Source of the DNA: Promethearchaeia archaeon
GTDB lineage: Archaea; Asgardarchaeota; Lokiarchaeia; Sigyniarchaeales; SOKP01
NCBI GenBank assembly: GCA_029856105.1
Contig: JAHQWH010000015.1
Coordinates: 1-64,000 of the forward strand
Direction of reading: 5' to 3'
DNA length: 64,000 nt
The notes beneath the pieces are model-generated. The model had not been told where the DNA came from. It did no database searches and saw only the letters and a program-made list of their open reading frames with translations. A program made the position numbers and the translations under genes. How positions within the stretch are numbered: position 1 is the stretch's first letter; every line of letters starts with the position of its first letter. Of the stretch, positions 9,647-18,485 are shown one piece after another.

Positions 9647-11056
9647 ATGAGTAAAGAATTAAAAGATTTAATAGATTCAGTTGATTACACAAATAAAGCT
9701 CAATCCGACATGGAAACCATTATAAATCGATTAACAGAAGAAGTTCAGCGATTGAACTTTACTATTGATGAGCAAAAAATAATTATACAAAACCAAAAAA
9801 CTAAACTTTCTGAATTCAAAGAAAACAATACACCAGAAGATATTATCTTGTTAAAAGATTTAGTTACAAACCAAAGACAAGATATTATCAAAAAGGACAA
9901 AGATATTGAAATCCTACAACAAACTATCGCGGAAATATCAAATGAATTTGAAAATGTTCAAAATTACCAAGAAGAAAATGAAGAATTAATTTACACAAAC
10001 AAAGTAATTGTGCAATTAACTGAAGAAAACGAGACTAATCGCCTTGAAATCGAGAATTTGAACAACGAAATAAAAGAATTGCAAGAAAAACTCGTATTTA
10101 AAGAAGAAGATATTGGAGAAGAAAATCAAGATTTAATAAATGCCAAAAAACTGATTTTTCAATTAACCGAAGAAAATGGGATTAGCCGCGTTCAAATTGA
10201 ATCGTTAAAGCAAGTAGTAGAAGGGCTTAAAACAAATCTACAAGAGAATGATGCAGCTAAAAGTCAATATATCCACGAATTAGACGAATCAAATAAAATT
10301 ATTGACCAGTTGACGTTTGACAATGACCAATATCACGAAAAGGTTAATTATTTACAACAGAAAATAGAAGAAACAGTAAAATTTCATGAACAATCGTCTC
10401 CAGAAGGCGTTGAAATCGGCGATGATTTAGAAAATTTAAAGGGCAATTTATTACGTTTAGAAGTAGAAAATACCGAGTTAAAAGACATTATAAATACAAA
10501 CATATCCATTATAGAAAGCTTAAAGCAGAAAATTGAAGAGTTTCTTAAAAAAATTTCAGAAAGAGACGACGAATTAGAAAATTTAAACGGTAAATTCCAA
10601 AAGATCGAAAACGCTAACAAACAGTTAAGCGATTTGATAGTAGAATTAAAAGTTCGTGAAGCTCAGGTATTTGATAATATAGAACCCTTTATAACTAACG
10701 ACCAAATTGTTTTTGATAACTTTCCACCTACTTTTTTCTTTAAAATGTATAAACAACTGACAGATAATTCTAAGGACGTGATTGTAGCCCAGCTTGTAGA
10801 AGATTTAAGCAACGACAATAGAGATTTAAGAACATACGCTATAAAAATATTAAGCTTCATAAAAGGACCTAAAGTTTTTGACGCTTTTAAAGGACTAGTT
10901 TATGACAACGATTGGATCGTAAAGTTATACCTAATAAAAGCTTTACAGAATTTTGAGAATATTGAAAAGATAGATCTGTTGAAAGAACTTCAAAGAGATA
11001 AGGACATTGACGTTCGGGAAGCGGCAATAGAAATGCTCTCGAAATCTAGTTATTAA
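9647..11056 (+). CDS. Long coiled-coil protein with C-terminal HEAT repeats
   Basis: About 340 aa of E/K/Q/N/L heptad-rich sequence, followed by HEAT-like units (DLRTYAIKILS, WIVKLYLIKALQ, DVREAAIEML). Confidence 0.8.
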   Translation: MSKELKDLIDSVDYTNKAQSDMETIINRLTEEVQRLNFTIDEQKIIIQNQKTKLSEFKENNTPEDIILLKDLVTNQRQDIIKKDKDIEILQQTIAEISNEFENVQNYQEENEELIYTNKVIVQLTEENETNRLEIENLNNEIKELQEKLVFKEEDIGEENQDLINAKKLIFQLTEENGISRVQIESLKQVVEGLKTNLQENDAAKSQYIHELDESNKIIDQLTFDNDQYHEKVNYLQQKIEETVKFHEQSSPEGVEIGDDLENLKGNLLRLEVENTELKDIINTNISIIESLKQKIEEFLKKISERDDELENLNGKFQKIENANKQLSDLIVELKVREAQVFDNIEPFITNDQIVFDNFPPTFFFKMYKQLTDNSKDVIVAQLVEDLSNDNRDLRTYAIKILSFIKGPKVFDAFKGLVYDNDWIVKLYLIKALQNFENIEKIDLLKELQRDKDIDVREAAIEMLSKSSY

Positions 11057-11234
11057 AAATAGAAATTTTAAAACATTTCAATTTTAATTTTTTCTTAATA
11101 ATAACGCGTTAATATTTATTTTGAAAAATAATAAATATATCTTCGCATAAATTAATAATCAATAACAAGGTTTAAGCTCATACATATTTGATTATTATCT
11201 GCTAATTTATTTTGGGAAAATTGTGAAAAATTAA

Positions 11235-11495
11235 ATGGCAAGAGAATTAACGCATAATAGGTGGAATTGGTCCCAAAAAGATAACAGATGGGTCTACATC
11301 GAAGTTAAAGATAATGGCGAAATAGTTCATCATTACCAACTAAAACCGCCTAAGGAATTTACAGATTTAACAATAAAAATAAAGGATTTAAACGAAAAAC
11401 TAATCGTTTGTAAAAATCCGAAAGATAACGAGAAGATCTTTAAAGAAATGATGAAAATATCAAAAAGAATGCAAAGCATGGGTAAGAATTGTTAA
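11235..11495 (+). CDS. Hypothetical protein
   Basis: 86-aa ORF with Trp-rich N-terminus. Confidence 0.65.
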   Translation: MARELTHNRWNWSQKDNRWVYIEVKDNGEIVHHYQLKPPKEFTDLTIKIKDLNEKLIVCKNPKDNEKIFKEMMKISKRMQSMGKNC

Positions 11496-11651
11496 CTCCT
11501 CCTAAACTAATATACCATAAATTATTTGTCAAATCTTTTATTTTAGATAATCAATCCTCTACAGATTATTACTAAACTTAACCTAAAAATTTAATTTCAT
11601 TTAAAAAATAATTAAAACAAACCAAATATTTAATAAAAAGGTAGATTTAAA

Positions 11652-12455
11652 ATTAAAATTGCTGTAGCCGGTAAAGGCGGTGTAGGTAAGACTTTAATCG
11701 CTGGGACTTTAGCCCGACTTTTTGCTATAGATGGGTTTAAAGTTTTGGCCATTGACAACGATTCAGCGATGAATTTAAGCTATACTTTAGGAATAAGCGA
11801 TGCGGTCAAATCAAAGATTGTTCCGATTTCAGAAATGAGAAAAATGATTGAGGAACGCACGGTTGTTAAGGGTGCTGGTCCAGGCGTTTATAACATAACT
11901 CCAAATGTCTCCGATATTCCAGATAAATTTAAAGCCTCTGGTCCAGATAATTTGCATCTGCTAGTATTAGGGGGAATTGTAGAACCCGCTTCAGGTTGTT
12001 TATGCCCCGAAAACGCTTTGATTAGGACTTTACTATATAACTTGCTTGTAAAAAGAGACGAAGTAGTAATCGTTGATTTCGAAGCGGGTTTAGAACATTT
12101 AGGCCGTGGTACTGCTAAAGGAATCGATGTTATGTTAGTAATAGCTGAACCTTCTCAGAAATCTTTAGACCTTTGCTCTAAAATAATAGACTTATCTAAA
12201 AAATTAGGCGTAATTAACATCTATCTTATTGTAAACAAGGTAATTGATGAATCTCAATTAGGTATTATCAACAATCGTATTAGAGATTGGAAAGTTCCAT
12301 TATATCACTCAATTCCTTTCGACTCAGAGATTGGAAAAGCTGATTTGAATGGAACCTCTCCTTTAGATTTTAATCCAAACTCAAAGGCTATTGGCGCTAT
12401 TAAAAAACTATTTAGCAAATTGAAGCAGCTCAAAATCGAGTTATTTGATCTATAA
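11652..12455 (+). CDS. cooC: CooC/AcsF-family nickel-insertion ATPase (MinD-like); probable ATT start
   Basis: The deviant Walker A (I)KIAVAGKGGVGKT lies in frame upstream of the ORF-track start; also GCLC and DFEAGLEHLGRGT. In-frame stop at 11634 and no ATG/GTG/TTG before the P-loop. Confidence 0.85.
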   Translation: MKIAVAGKGGVGKTLIAGTLARLFAIDGFKVLAIDNDSAMNLSYTLGISDAVKSKIVPISEMRKMIEERTVVKGAGPGVYNITPNVSDIPDKFKASGPDNLHLLVLGGIVEPASGCLCPENALIRTLLYNLLVKRDEVVIVDFEAGLEHLGRGTAKGIDVMLVIAEPSQKSLDLCSKIIDLSKKLGVINIYLIVNKVIDESQLGIINNRIRDWKVPLYHSIPFDSEIGKADLNGTSPLDFNPNSKAIGAIKKLFSKLKQLKIELFDL

Positions 12456-12606
12456 AACAGAATTTAGACCACTTTCTATTCCTTACCCTTTTTTATAAAT
12501 CTATATATACTATATAGAAAACCAATTTAATACTTAATTTTTCTCATGGATTGGAGAAATCCAAAAAAAATTAAAATTAATTAAAGAAAGGAGGGATGAA
12601 ATCAAG

Positions 12607-12792
12607 ATGGTTAAGAAAAGTGAAAATCTATTGGCCTTAGGAATGGTTTGCTTGATAATTGCGCTTCTTTTTAATATGTTCGGAAATTCCAGTATAATTC
12701 TTGATATGGTAATTTTATTGTTTATTGGTATAGCTTTATTCTCAAACGCGGGATACTTAGTAATGGCAACTTCAGAGAAAAAGAAGAAATAG
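12607..12792 (+). CDS. Small two-TM membrane protein
   Basis: Two hydrophobic helices and a basic tail; GGAGG upstream. Confidence 0.7.
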   Translation: MVKKSENLLALGMVCLIIALLFNMFGNSSIILDMVILLFIGIALFSNAGYLVMATSEKKKK

Positions 12793-12825
12793 TTTTGATT
12801 AAATTTTTTCCAAATAAAACTTTAA

Positions 12826-13074
12826 TCACAAAACATCGGATAAGTTAAGGCTTTGATCGTCAGCAATCGCTTTCCACTGCTCAATAGCTTCAAGAGCGTC
12901 TTTCTCGTTTATTTGTTCGATAGCGTACCCTGCGTGTACGATTACATACTTTCCAACTTCCGGATTTAAAATTAAAGCAGTTATTACATTCTGCTGGATT
13001 CCATCAAAGTCGACCAAAGCGGAATGCTTAGCTTCGTTGTAATCTATAATTTTTCCAGGGATAGCAAGGCACAT
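12826..13074 (-). CDS. hypC: Hydrogenase maturation chaperone HypC
   Basis: N-terminal MCLAIPGKI and YVIVHAGYAI. Confidence 0.96.
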   Translation of the reverse strand: MCLAIPGKIIDYNEAKHSALVDFDGIQQNVITALILNPEVGKYVIVHAGYAIEQINEKDALEAIEQWKAIADDQSLNLSDVL

Positions 13075-13252
13075 AATTTTACGATTTTAAAATGAATATA
13101 TTTAATTTTTTTAATATTAGAACCTAAAAATAATTAATGATTAAATTTGCTTATTTTTAAAAGAAGGTTAGAATTTATTATTTATTAAACTTAAATTTAA
13201 TTTATTATCATAACTTTTGTTAGTTAAATTAGGTTTTAAAACGTGAAATAGT

Positions 13253-13798
13253 ATGTTTTTAGAAAAATTAAAAAAATATCCTAGCGATTTAATTCTATTA
13301 ATAGTAGCGGCTTTAGCAATTGTCATTCTTCTTGCAATTAACATACTGATTTTTGGACCGTTGTTATATTTAGGATATGGATATGGTATCTTAGACTTTG
13401 AATTTGCTTGGACTAAAGAGCAAATATTAATAATATTCGGCGTATGGGGAGATGAAGTAATGACATTGCAAGCAGCGGGAGTGTATTGGGACTTTCTTTA
13501 TATCATTGGTTATACAGTACCTCTTTTCGCATTGATTTTACTCGTTTCGAGAAAATTGGACGAAAGAATCCTAAATATTGGCCTTTACATGAGCTTAACG
13601 CCAATTATCGCCGGAATTTTTGACATTATAGAAAACGTAAATTTACTCGTCATGCTTAACGAAGCCCCCGCGTTTGCCTCGTTCGTACCTTTAATTGCAT
13701 CGCTATCTGCAACGATTAAATTTGGTTTTTTGATAGTTGGAGCAATCTTCTTCTTAGTAGCGTTGGTTCTTCTCGTTATAAAAAAATTTAAAAAATAA
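13253..13798 (+). CDS. Four-TM membrane protein
   Basis: Hydrophobic helices; ILDFEFA, DFLYI and FDIIEN motifs. Confidence 0.75.
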   Translation: MFLEKLKKYPSDLILLIVAALAIVILLAINILIFGPLLYLGYGYGILDFEFAWTKEQILIIFGVWGDEVMTLQAAGVYWDFLYIIGYTVPLFALILLVSRKLDERILNIGLYMSLTPIIAGIFDIIENVNLLVMLNEAPAFASFVPLIASLSATIKFGFLIVGAIFFLVALVLLVIKKFKK

Positions 13799-13879
13799 GA
13801 TAAGAAAATTCTTCTTTTTTTTTATTAAATCTTAGCAGGGTTTTAACATAGTATATATCCAAAAAAATAATGGAGTCGT

Positions 13880-14662
13880 TTAAACCTTATCCGAATAAAC
13901 ATTTAACAGGTCGTCGAGCCAATTAAAGATTTCTTCTTTAGATAAATTGTCAACGTTGAATTTCAACCGCTCTAATTCTTTAAGGAGGTTGATCATTTCT
14001 AAGGGAATTGATCTTTGGCACAATTCAAATAAAAGCTCGTTAGTTTTTGTGATTAACTCTTTTATCTTAGAAACTAAAGGTTCAATATCGGGCATATTCT
14101 CAAGACTAACGAGGATATTAATAAGACTGAAAAGAAATTCCGTTTTATTTCCTTTAAACGAGCTATCGAATTGATAATAGTACCGATCTAAATACGCTAG
14201 CGGCACTAGTTCGTCGTAAGTATTTGCAATCTTAATTATCGATTTAATATTTTTAAAAAGTAGCGAAGGAGACCAAGTAAAGATCTGATAATTAGATTCT
14301 ACATTTCCGCTTTTTATTACCGGAATAAACTTATGGTCTTCTTTGAAGAGACCAAAAGGGATAAGGATAAAATCTAGCGAATCTGAAGAGGTATAATCTT
14401 TTAGATCAATATGCAAATTCTTTATTGTGCTAATGAACACCGTCCTGTGGTCGAGAATGTCGAACTCGATTTTAATTAAGCTTGGTTTGTAAATGTAAAA
14501 AATTAAACCCTCAAATCCCTGAAATTCTAGGTCGAGAGAAAAGTTTAATGTATCTAACGTTACGCTATCCGTATTGAATCGTAAATCAACATTTATATGC
14601 GAATAATTTTCGATGTATTGAAAAAACCAGGGTGGGGACCTCTCTTTATCGAACGATATCAT
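13880..14662 (-). CDS. Hypothetical protein
   Basis: 260-aa ORF; GGAG upstream; no motif recognised. Confidence 0.7.
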   Translation of the reverse strand: MISFDKERSPPWFFQYIENYSHINVDLRFNTDSVTLDTLNFSLDLEFQGFEGLIFYIYKPSLIKIEFDILDHRTVFISTIKNLHIDLKDYTSSDSLDFILIPFGLFKEDHKFIPVIKSGNVESNYQIFTWSPSLLFKNIKSIIKIANTYDELVPLAYLDRYYYQFDSSFKGNKTEFLFSLINILVSLENMPDIEPLVSKIKELITKTNELLFELCQRSIPLEMINLLKELERLKFNVDNLSKEEIFNWLDDLLNVYSDKV

Positions 14663-14918
14663 TTAATTTCTTCTCCTTTTCTATACTTTTAGCTCCTTTA
14701 AGTAGTATACACATTTCTTATACCTAATAAGAATTTCTTCACTTGAAGAAATAAGTTCCAATAAATTAATTAAATTCAATATTTTTATTCTTTACTATTC
14801 AAAACTAAGACTATTTGTATAAAAATTTAATGCTCGAAAAATAAATAAATAAATACCAAAGAGACATAAATGTTAAATAACATTTAGTAATCTTTTAATT
14901 TAATTTAAAATTAATATT

Positions 14919-16646
14919 TTGGCGAGTTTTCCAGTGAAAAATATCAAAAAATTAACTATCGGTTTTATATTCATAGGAGTTTTAGTTCATTTACCTTTTT
15001 TTCAAACCTTAATAAGTGAACCTTTAGGTTCCCACAATATTGTCCAAGTTAAAGCTTCAGGTTTCTGGGATCTTACAGGTACACCAATATTTATTAATGG
15101 ATCTGCAACTGGAGTCGGAGCTTATAATTGGAGTTGGTTTGAGAACCAACCTTGGTATGGTGGTGGAGATGGGAATCTAAATACACCCTATATCATTGAA
15201 AATATAACTATTGATGGATTAGGAACAGGGAATTGTATTGAGATAGTTGATTCAGAAGAGCACTTTATAATACGGAATTGTACGGTTTATAGTGCCGGAT
15301 CGGAAGCATCTAATGCGGGAATTAACTTTTACAATGTAACTAACGGTAAAGTAATTGATAATCAGTGTTCCAATAATTTAAGACAAGGAATTATTTTGAT
15401 GTTAAGTGATAATAATACAATTTTTGATAACATAGCTAATTTCAACGATTATTATGGAATTGGAGTATATTCAAGCCATTTAAACAATATTTCTGATAAT
15501 ACAATTAGGAATAATGAAGGAAGAGGGATTGATGCAATTAGAAGCCATTATAATAAGCTTCTAAATAATATTATTTCCTCAAATTGGGGAAGCGGAATAT
15601 ATCTTTCTCAATGTAATCATTCTACATTTTCAGATAACATCATCAATGAAAATGGATGGATAAACGGTATGAATGGAATAACTGCATGGGGGAGCTCACA
15701 CAATATCTATGCAAGCAATATCATCAATTACAATTTAGGTAGTGGAATAGAATTTGATACGGATATGAATAATACCTTCGTAGATAATGAAATTGTTGGT
15801 AATCACATTGTTGGGTTATATTTAAGAAATACAAAGGATAATTTCATTGCAAACAACAGTGTAGAGTATAATGACTGGGGAGTCTTTTTTTCTCAAGGAG
15901 ATAATAATGAAATAATTGAAAATAGTGCCAGCTATAATACTTATGAGGGAATAAAATTACTAAATGGCTGTGAAAATAACACAATTCTCTCTAATGATGT
16001 AAATTATAACTATGAAAATGGAATCGACTTAGATAACAATTGTGATATGAATAATCTAACCAGCAATTCCATAAATTATAACCATCTCAATGGTATTTAC
16101 CTAAGAACAAGTGATAACAACAATATTATTGAAAATAAATTGTTCGGGAATAATGACTCCATATATGAAGTAAACTGTGCTGGTAATATCTTCATCGATA
16201 ATACTTTTACCATAATTCTCAAGTTATTCATAGATGTACGCACCCAAATTTTCACATCTGACGCATTTAATATTACCTTCTTCTTCCATAATGAAAATGA
16301 TTACGGAGTAAGTGTTGATACGCTTCAGATGTGGTGGAATGGAACAGATGTATCCTCTAGTGTTCAAAATTTAGGAGGAGGGGAATATTTTGTATCTCTA
16401 ACTCCAATAACTGTGTTGCCAGGAGATCCTCCCATAGTACTTAACATGACGATTAAAGTCAGTGGATTTGAAGACAAATATTTTGAAATCGATATTGCTG
16501 TAGATCCTGAATCGATCGATAAAGAAGGTAATGGTGAACCTGAACCAGAAATCCCCATAATCTCAGGTTATTATTCATATCTGATATTATTTAGCATATT
16601 CATAACAGCATTGTTTTTAATCAAAAAACGTAAGAAACAATTATAG
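14919..16646 (+). CDS. Secreted/surface right-handed beta-helix (NosD/CASH-like) protein with C-terminal membrane anchor
   Basis: Signal-like N-terminus, PYIIENITID, repeated GIxL...NNxIxxN turns, C-terminal ISGY-TM-KKRKK sorting-type tail. Confidence 0.88.
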   Translation: MASFPVKNIKKLTIGFIFIGVLVHLPFFQTLISEPLGSHNIVQVKASGFWDLTGTPIFINGSATGVGAYNWSWFENQPWYGGGDGNLNTPYIIENITIDGLGTGNCIEIVDSEEHFIIRNCTVYSAGSEASNAGINFYNVTNGKVIDNQCSNNLRQGIILMLSDNNTIFDNIANFNDYYGIGVYSSHLNNISDNTIRNNEGRGIDAIRSHYNKLLNNIISSNWGSGIYLSQCNHSTFSDNIINENGWINGMNGITAWGSSHNIYASNIINYNLGSGIEFDTDMNNTFVDNEIVGNHIVGLYLRNTKDNFIANNSVEYNDWGVFFSQGDNNEIIENSASYNTYEGIKLLNGCENNTILSNDVNYNYENGIDLDNNCDMNNLTSNSINYNHLNGIYLRTSDNNNIIENKLFGNNDSIYEVNCAGNIFIDNTFTIILKLFIDVRTQIFTSDAFNITFFFHNENDYGVSVDTLQMWWNGTDVSSSVQNLGGGEYFVSLTPITVLPGDPPIVLNMTIKVSGFEDKYFEIDIAVDPESIDKEGNGEPEPEIPIISGYYSYLILFSIFITALFLIKKRKKQL

Positions 16647-16790
16647 CTCTCTAATTTTTACTTTTTTTTTTAATAAGCCTAATCTTTCATTAATTAATAA
16701 TGGAGATGGAAGGATATAAAATACAAAATTAAGAGAAAAAATTTTTAAAAAAATAAATAAATAAAAAAATTAAGTTATAAATTTGATTAA

Positions 16791-17675
16791 TTATAAACCA
16801 AGTTTTTCTAACGTGGATTTCATGCGAGTTCTGTGAAATTTCAAACCGATCTCGTCTGGATTGAAGCCCATCGCTAAAGCGTAAAGCTCTGTGATATACA
16901 TCACGGGAATATCGTATTCCGTCTCGTATTTCTTACCTAAATCTCGCTGTCTCGTGTCGAATTGTTGATAACACGCGGGACAATTTACAGCAATCACATC
17001 TGCGCCAGATTTTTTGATGGCGTCCATCTTAATCTTTAAGTTAGCAAAACCGTGTTCCTCGTAGGCGTTAGTTACAGCACTTCCGCAACATAAGATTTCC
17101 TCTCCGTAATCGACAACCGTTGCTCCACTTGCTTCTACGAGCTTCTTTAGCGTTGTTGGTCTCATGGGATCATCTGACTCCATCCATTCGGCAGGTCGCA
17201 TATAATGGCATCCTGGGTGGACAGCAACTTTTAGACCGTAAAGTGGCTTAGTTATTGCTCCTTTGACTTTGTCTAAATTATCACTTAGCACATCAACAAA
17301 ATGCTTAATGTCTATTGTCCCTTGATAATTTTTCCCGATCTTAGCGAGTTCTTTATTGACCTTATCCATTTTCCATGAATCGTGTTTTAATTGATGCTGA
17401 ACTCCTCTAAGCGTGTTGGTACAACCATTGCATAGAGAGATAATGTCTTTTCCTTCAGCTTCCGCTAAACATAAATTTCTTGCACCGATTGCTAACCAAG
17501 CGTCGTTATCAAACGATTTCATGCCCGTAGGGTCGGGGCAACACGAGAAAGGTGCTTGCGACGTTTCAATTCCAACTCTATCAAAAACTTTTCTGGATGC
17601 CGCTTCAAGGAAAGGAATACGTTTTCCGATGTAACAACCCTCAAACATTTTATATTCTGTCATTTTTTTTATCAT
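16791..17675 (-). CDS. hdrB: Heterodisulfide reductase subunit B
   Basis: CCG domains: SCCP, CNGC, HPGCH, CCG, CPAC. Confidence 0.93.
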   Translation of the reverse strand: MIKKMTEYKMFEGCYIGKRIPFLEAASRKVFDRVGIETSQAPFSCCPDPTGMKSFDNDAWLAIGARNLCLAEAEGKDIISLCNGCTNTLRGVQHQLKHDSWKMDKVNKELAKIGKNYQGTIDIKHFVDVLSDNLDKVKGAITKPLYGLKVAVHPGCHYMRPAEWMESDDPMRPTTLKKLVEASGATVVDYGEEILCCGSAVTNAYEEHGFANLKIKMDAIKKSGADVIAVNCPACYQQFDTRQRDLGKKYETEYDIPVMYITELYALAMGFNPDEIGLKFHRTRMKSTLEKLGL

Positions 17676-17680
17676 TCCTC

Positions 17681-18208
17681 CTATTTTAGCCTTTTATCTA
17701 CTCCAAGATTTTTTAATAAAGTTTGGAATTCATAAACATCTGGCTCCACAACAGGGGGTAAACCCAATTGCACTCTTCTACGCCCTATAGGATCTTTTCC
17801 CGTATGGGAGATAGGGATCGCTTTTCCACCCTCAAAAATTGCTCTCGCTTGTGAATAAATAAATTCAGGCGCATTTCCATCCGCTACGCTCTGGTTCTTT
17901 AATAAAGTAAAGATCTCAGTTAGTTCGATGTTCTGTGGGCAGACTTCATCACATGTATCACACACTGTGCAGCCCCAAATTGCTAAAGGATCATCGGTAA
18001 AAATCGCATCCTTATATCCTAACAATGCATTAAGAATATTACTTCTTGGATTGTATCCCGTAGTCGTATAGAAGTCTGTCGTTACGTTAGTAATTGGACA
18101 GTTGTCTGAACAGCGACTACATTGGTAGCAATATTTAATTAAATCAGACCCAATATGATAATCCATAACCTGTTTTCTAAATTCAAAATCTATTGTCATT
18201 TTTTTCAC
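17681..18208 (-). CDS. hdrC: Heterodisulfide reductase subunit C
   Basis: CYQCSRCSDNCP and WGCTVCDTCDEVCP [4Fe-4S] motifs. Confidence 0.9.
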   Translation of the reverse strand: MKKMTIDFEFRKQVMDYHIGSDLIKYCYQCSRCSDNCPITNVTTDFYTTTGYNPRSNILNALLGYKDAIFTDDPLAIWGCTVCDTCDEVCPQNIELTEIFTLLKNQSVADGNAPEFIYSQARAIFEGGKAIPISHTGKDPIGRRRVQLGLPPVVEPDVYEFQTLLKNLGVDKRLK

Positions 18209-18248
18209 TTTTTTCCATTTTTTCGTTCGTTTTTATTTAAAACATTTA

Positions 18249-18319
18249 TTGGCTTTAACCCCGGGCAGGGGTAGTTATATCCAATCTATTATTTTTATTG
18301 GATATTCATCCTAAGCCAA
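18249..18319 (-). promoter_or_regulatory. Candidate SECIS-like RNA structure at the 3' end of vhuU
   Basis: Minus strand: AUGA (18309-18306), a perfect 9-bp helix AUAUCCAAU/AUUGGAUAU closing a loop that begins AAAAA, a side hairpin ACCCC/GGGGU, and an outer UUGGCUU/AAGCCAA helix. Confidence 0.6.
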
Positions 18320-18458
18320 CGTTCAACTTGCGAGAGTAGATCTCTTCGCCGTCCTCTTTTACTACAGTAATGTGGGCGGCACACGATAGTCAACAGTCAT
18401 AACAACGGACTATCATTTCTAAGAGATTTACTACTCCTTCCGGAATTTCTTCGCTCAT
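18306..18458 (-). CDS. vhuU: Selenocysteine-containing hydrogenase small peptide subunit VhuU (UGA at 18392-18390 read as Sec)
   Basis: MSEEIPEGVVNLLEMIVRCYDC-U-LSCAAHITVVKEDGEEIYSRKLNVGLG*. Supplies the C-terminal Ni-binding motif (DxUxSCxxH) that is missing from the upstream large subunit. Confidence 0.92.
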
Positions 18459-18485
18459 TTTTTTTCACAGTTTCCTTTTTTTATT

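Noticed and set aside
15300-16200. Asn-rich periodic sequence as a DNA repeat or CRISPR array
   Set aside because: The periodicity is at protein level (beta-helix turns). No identical repeat-spacer array was seen anywhere in the window.
18255-18308. Read-through of the second UGA of vhuU as another Sec
   Set aside because: The extension (ISNKNNRLDITTPARG) has no recognisable motif and coincides with the RNA hairpin; stop is the simpler reading.
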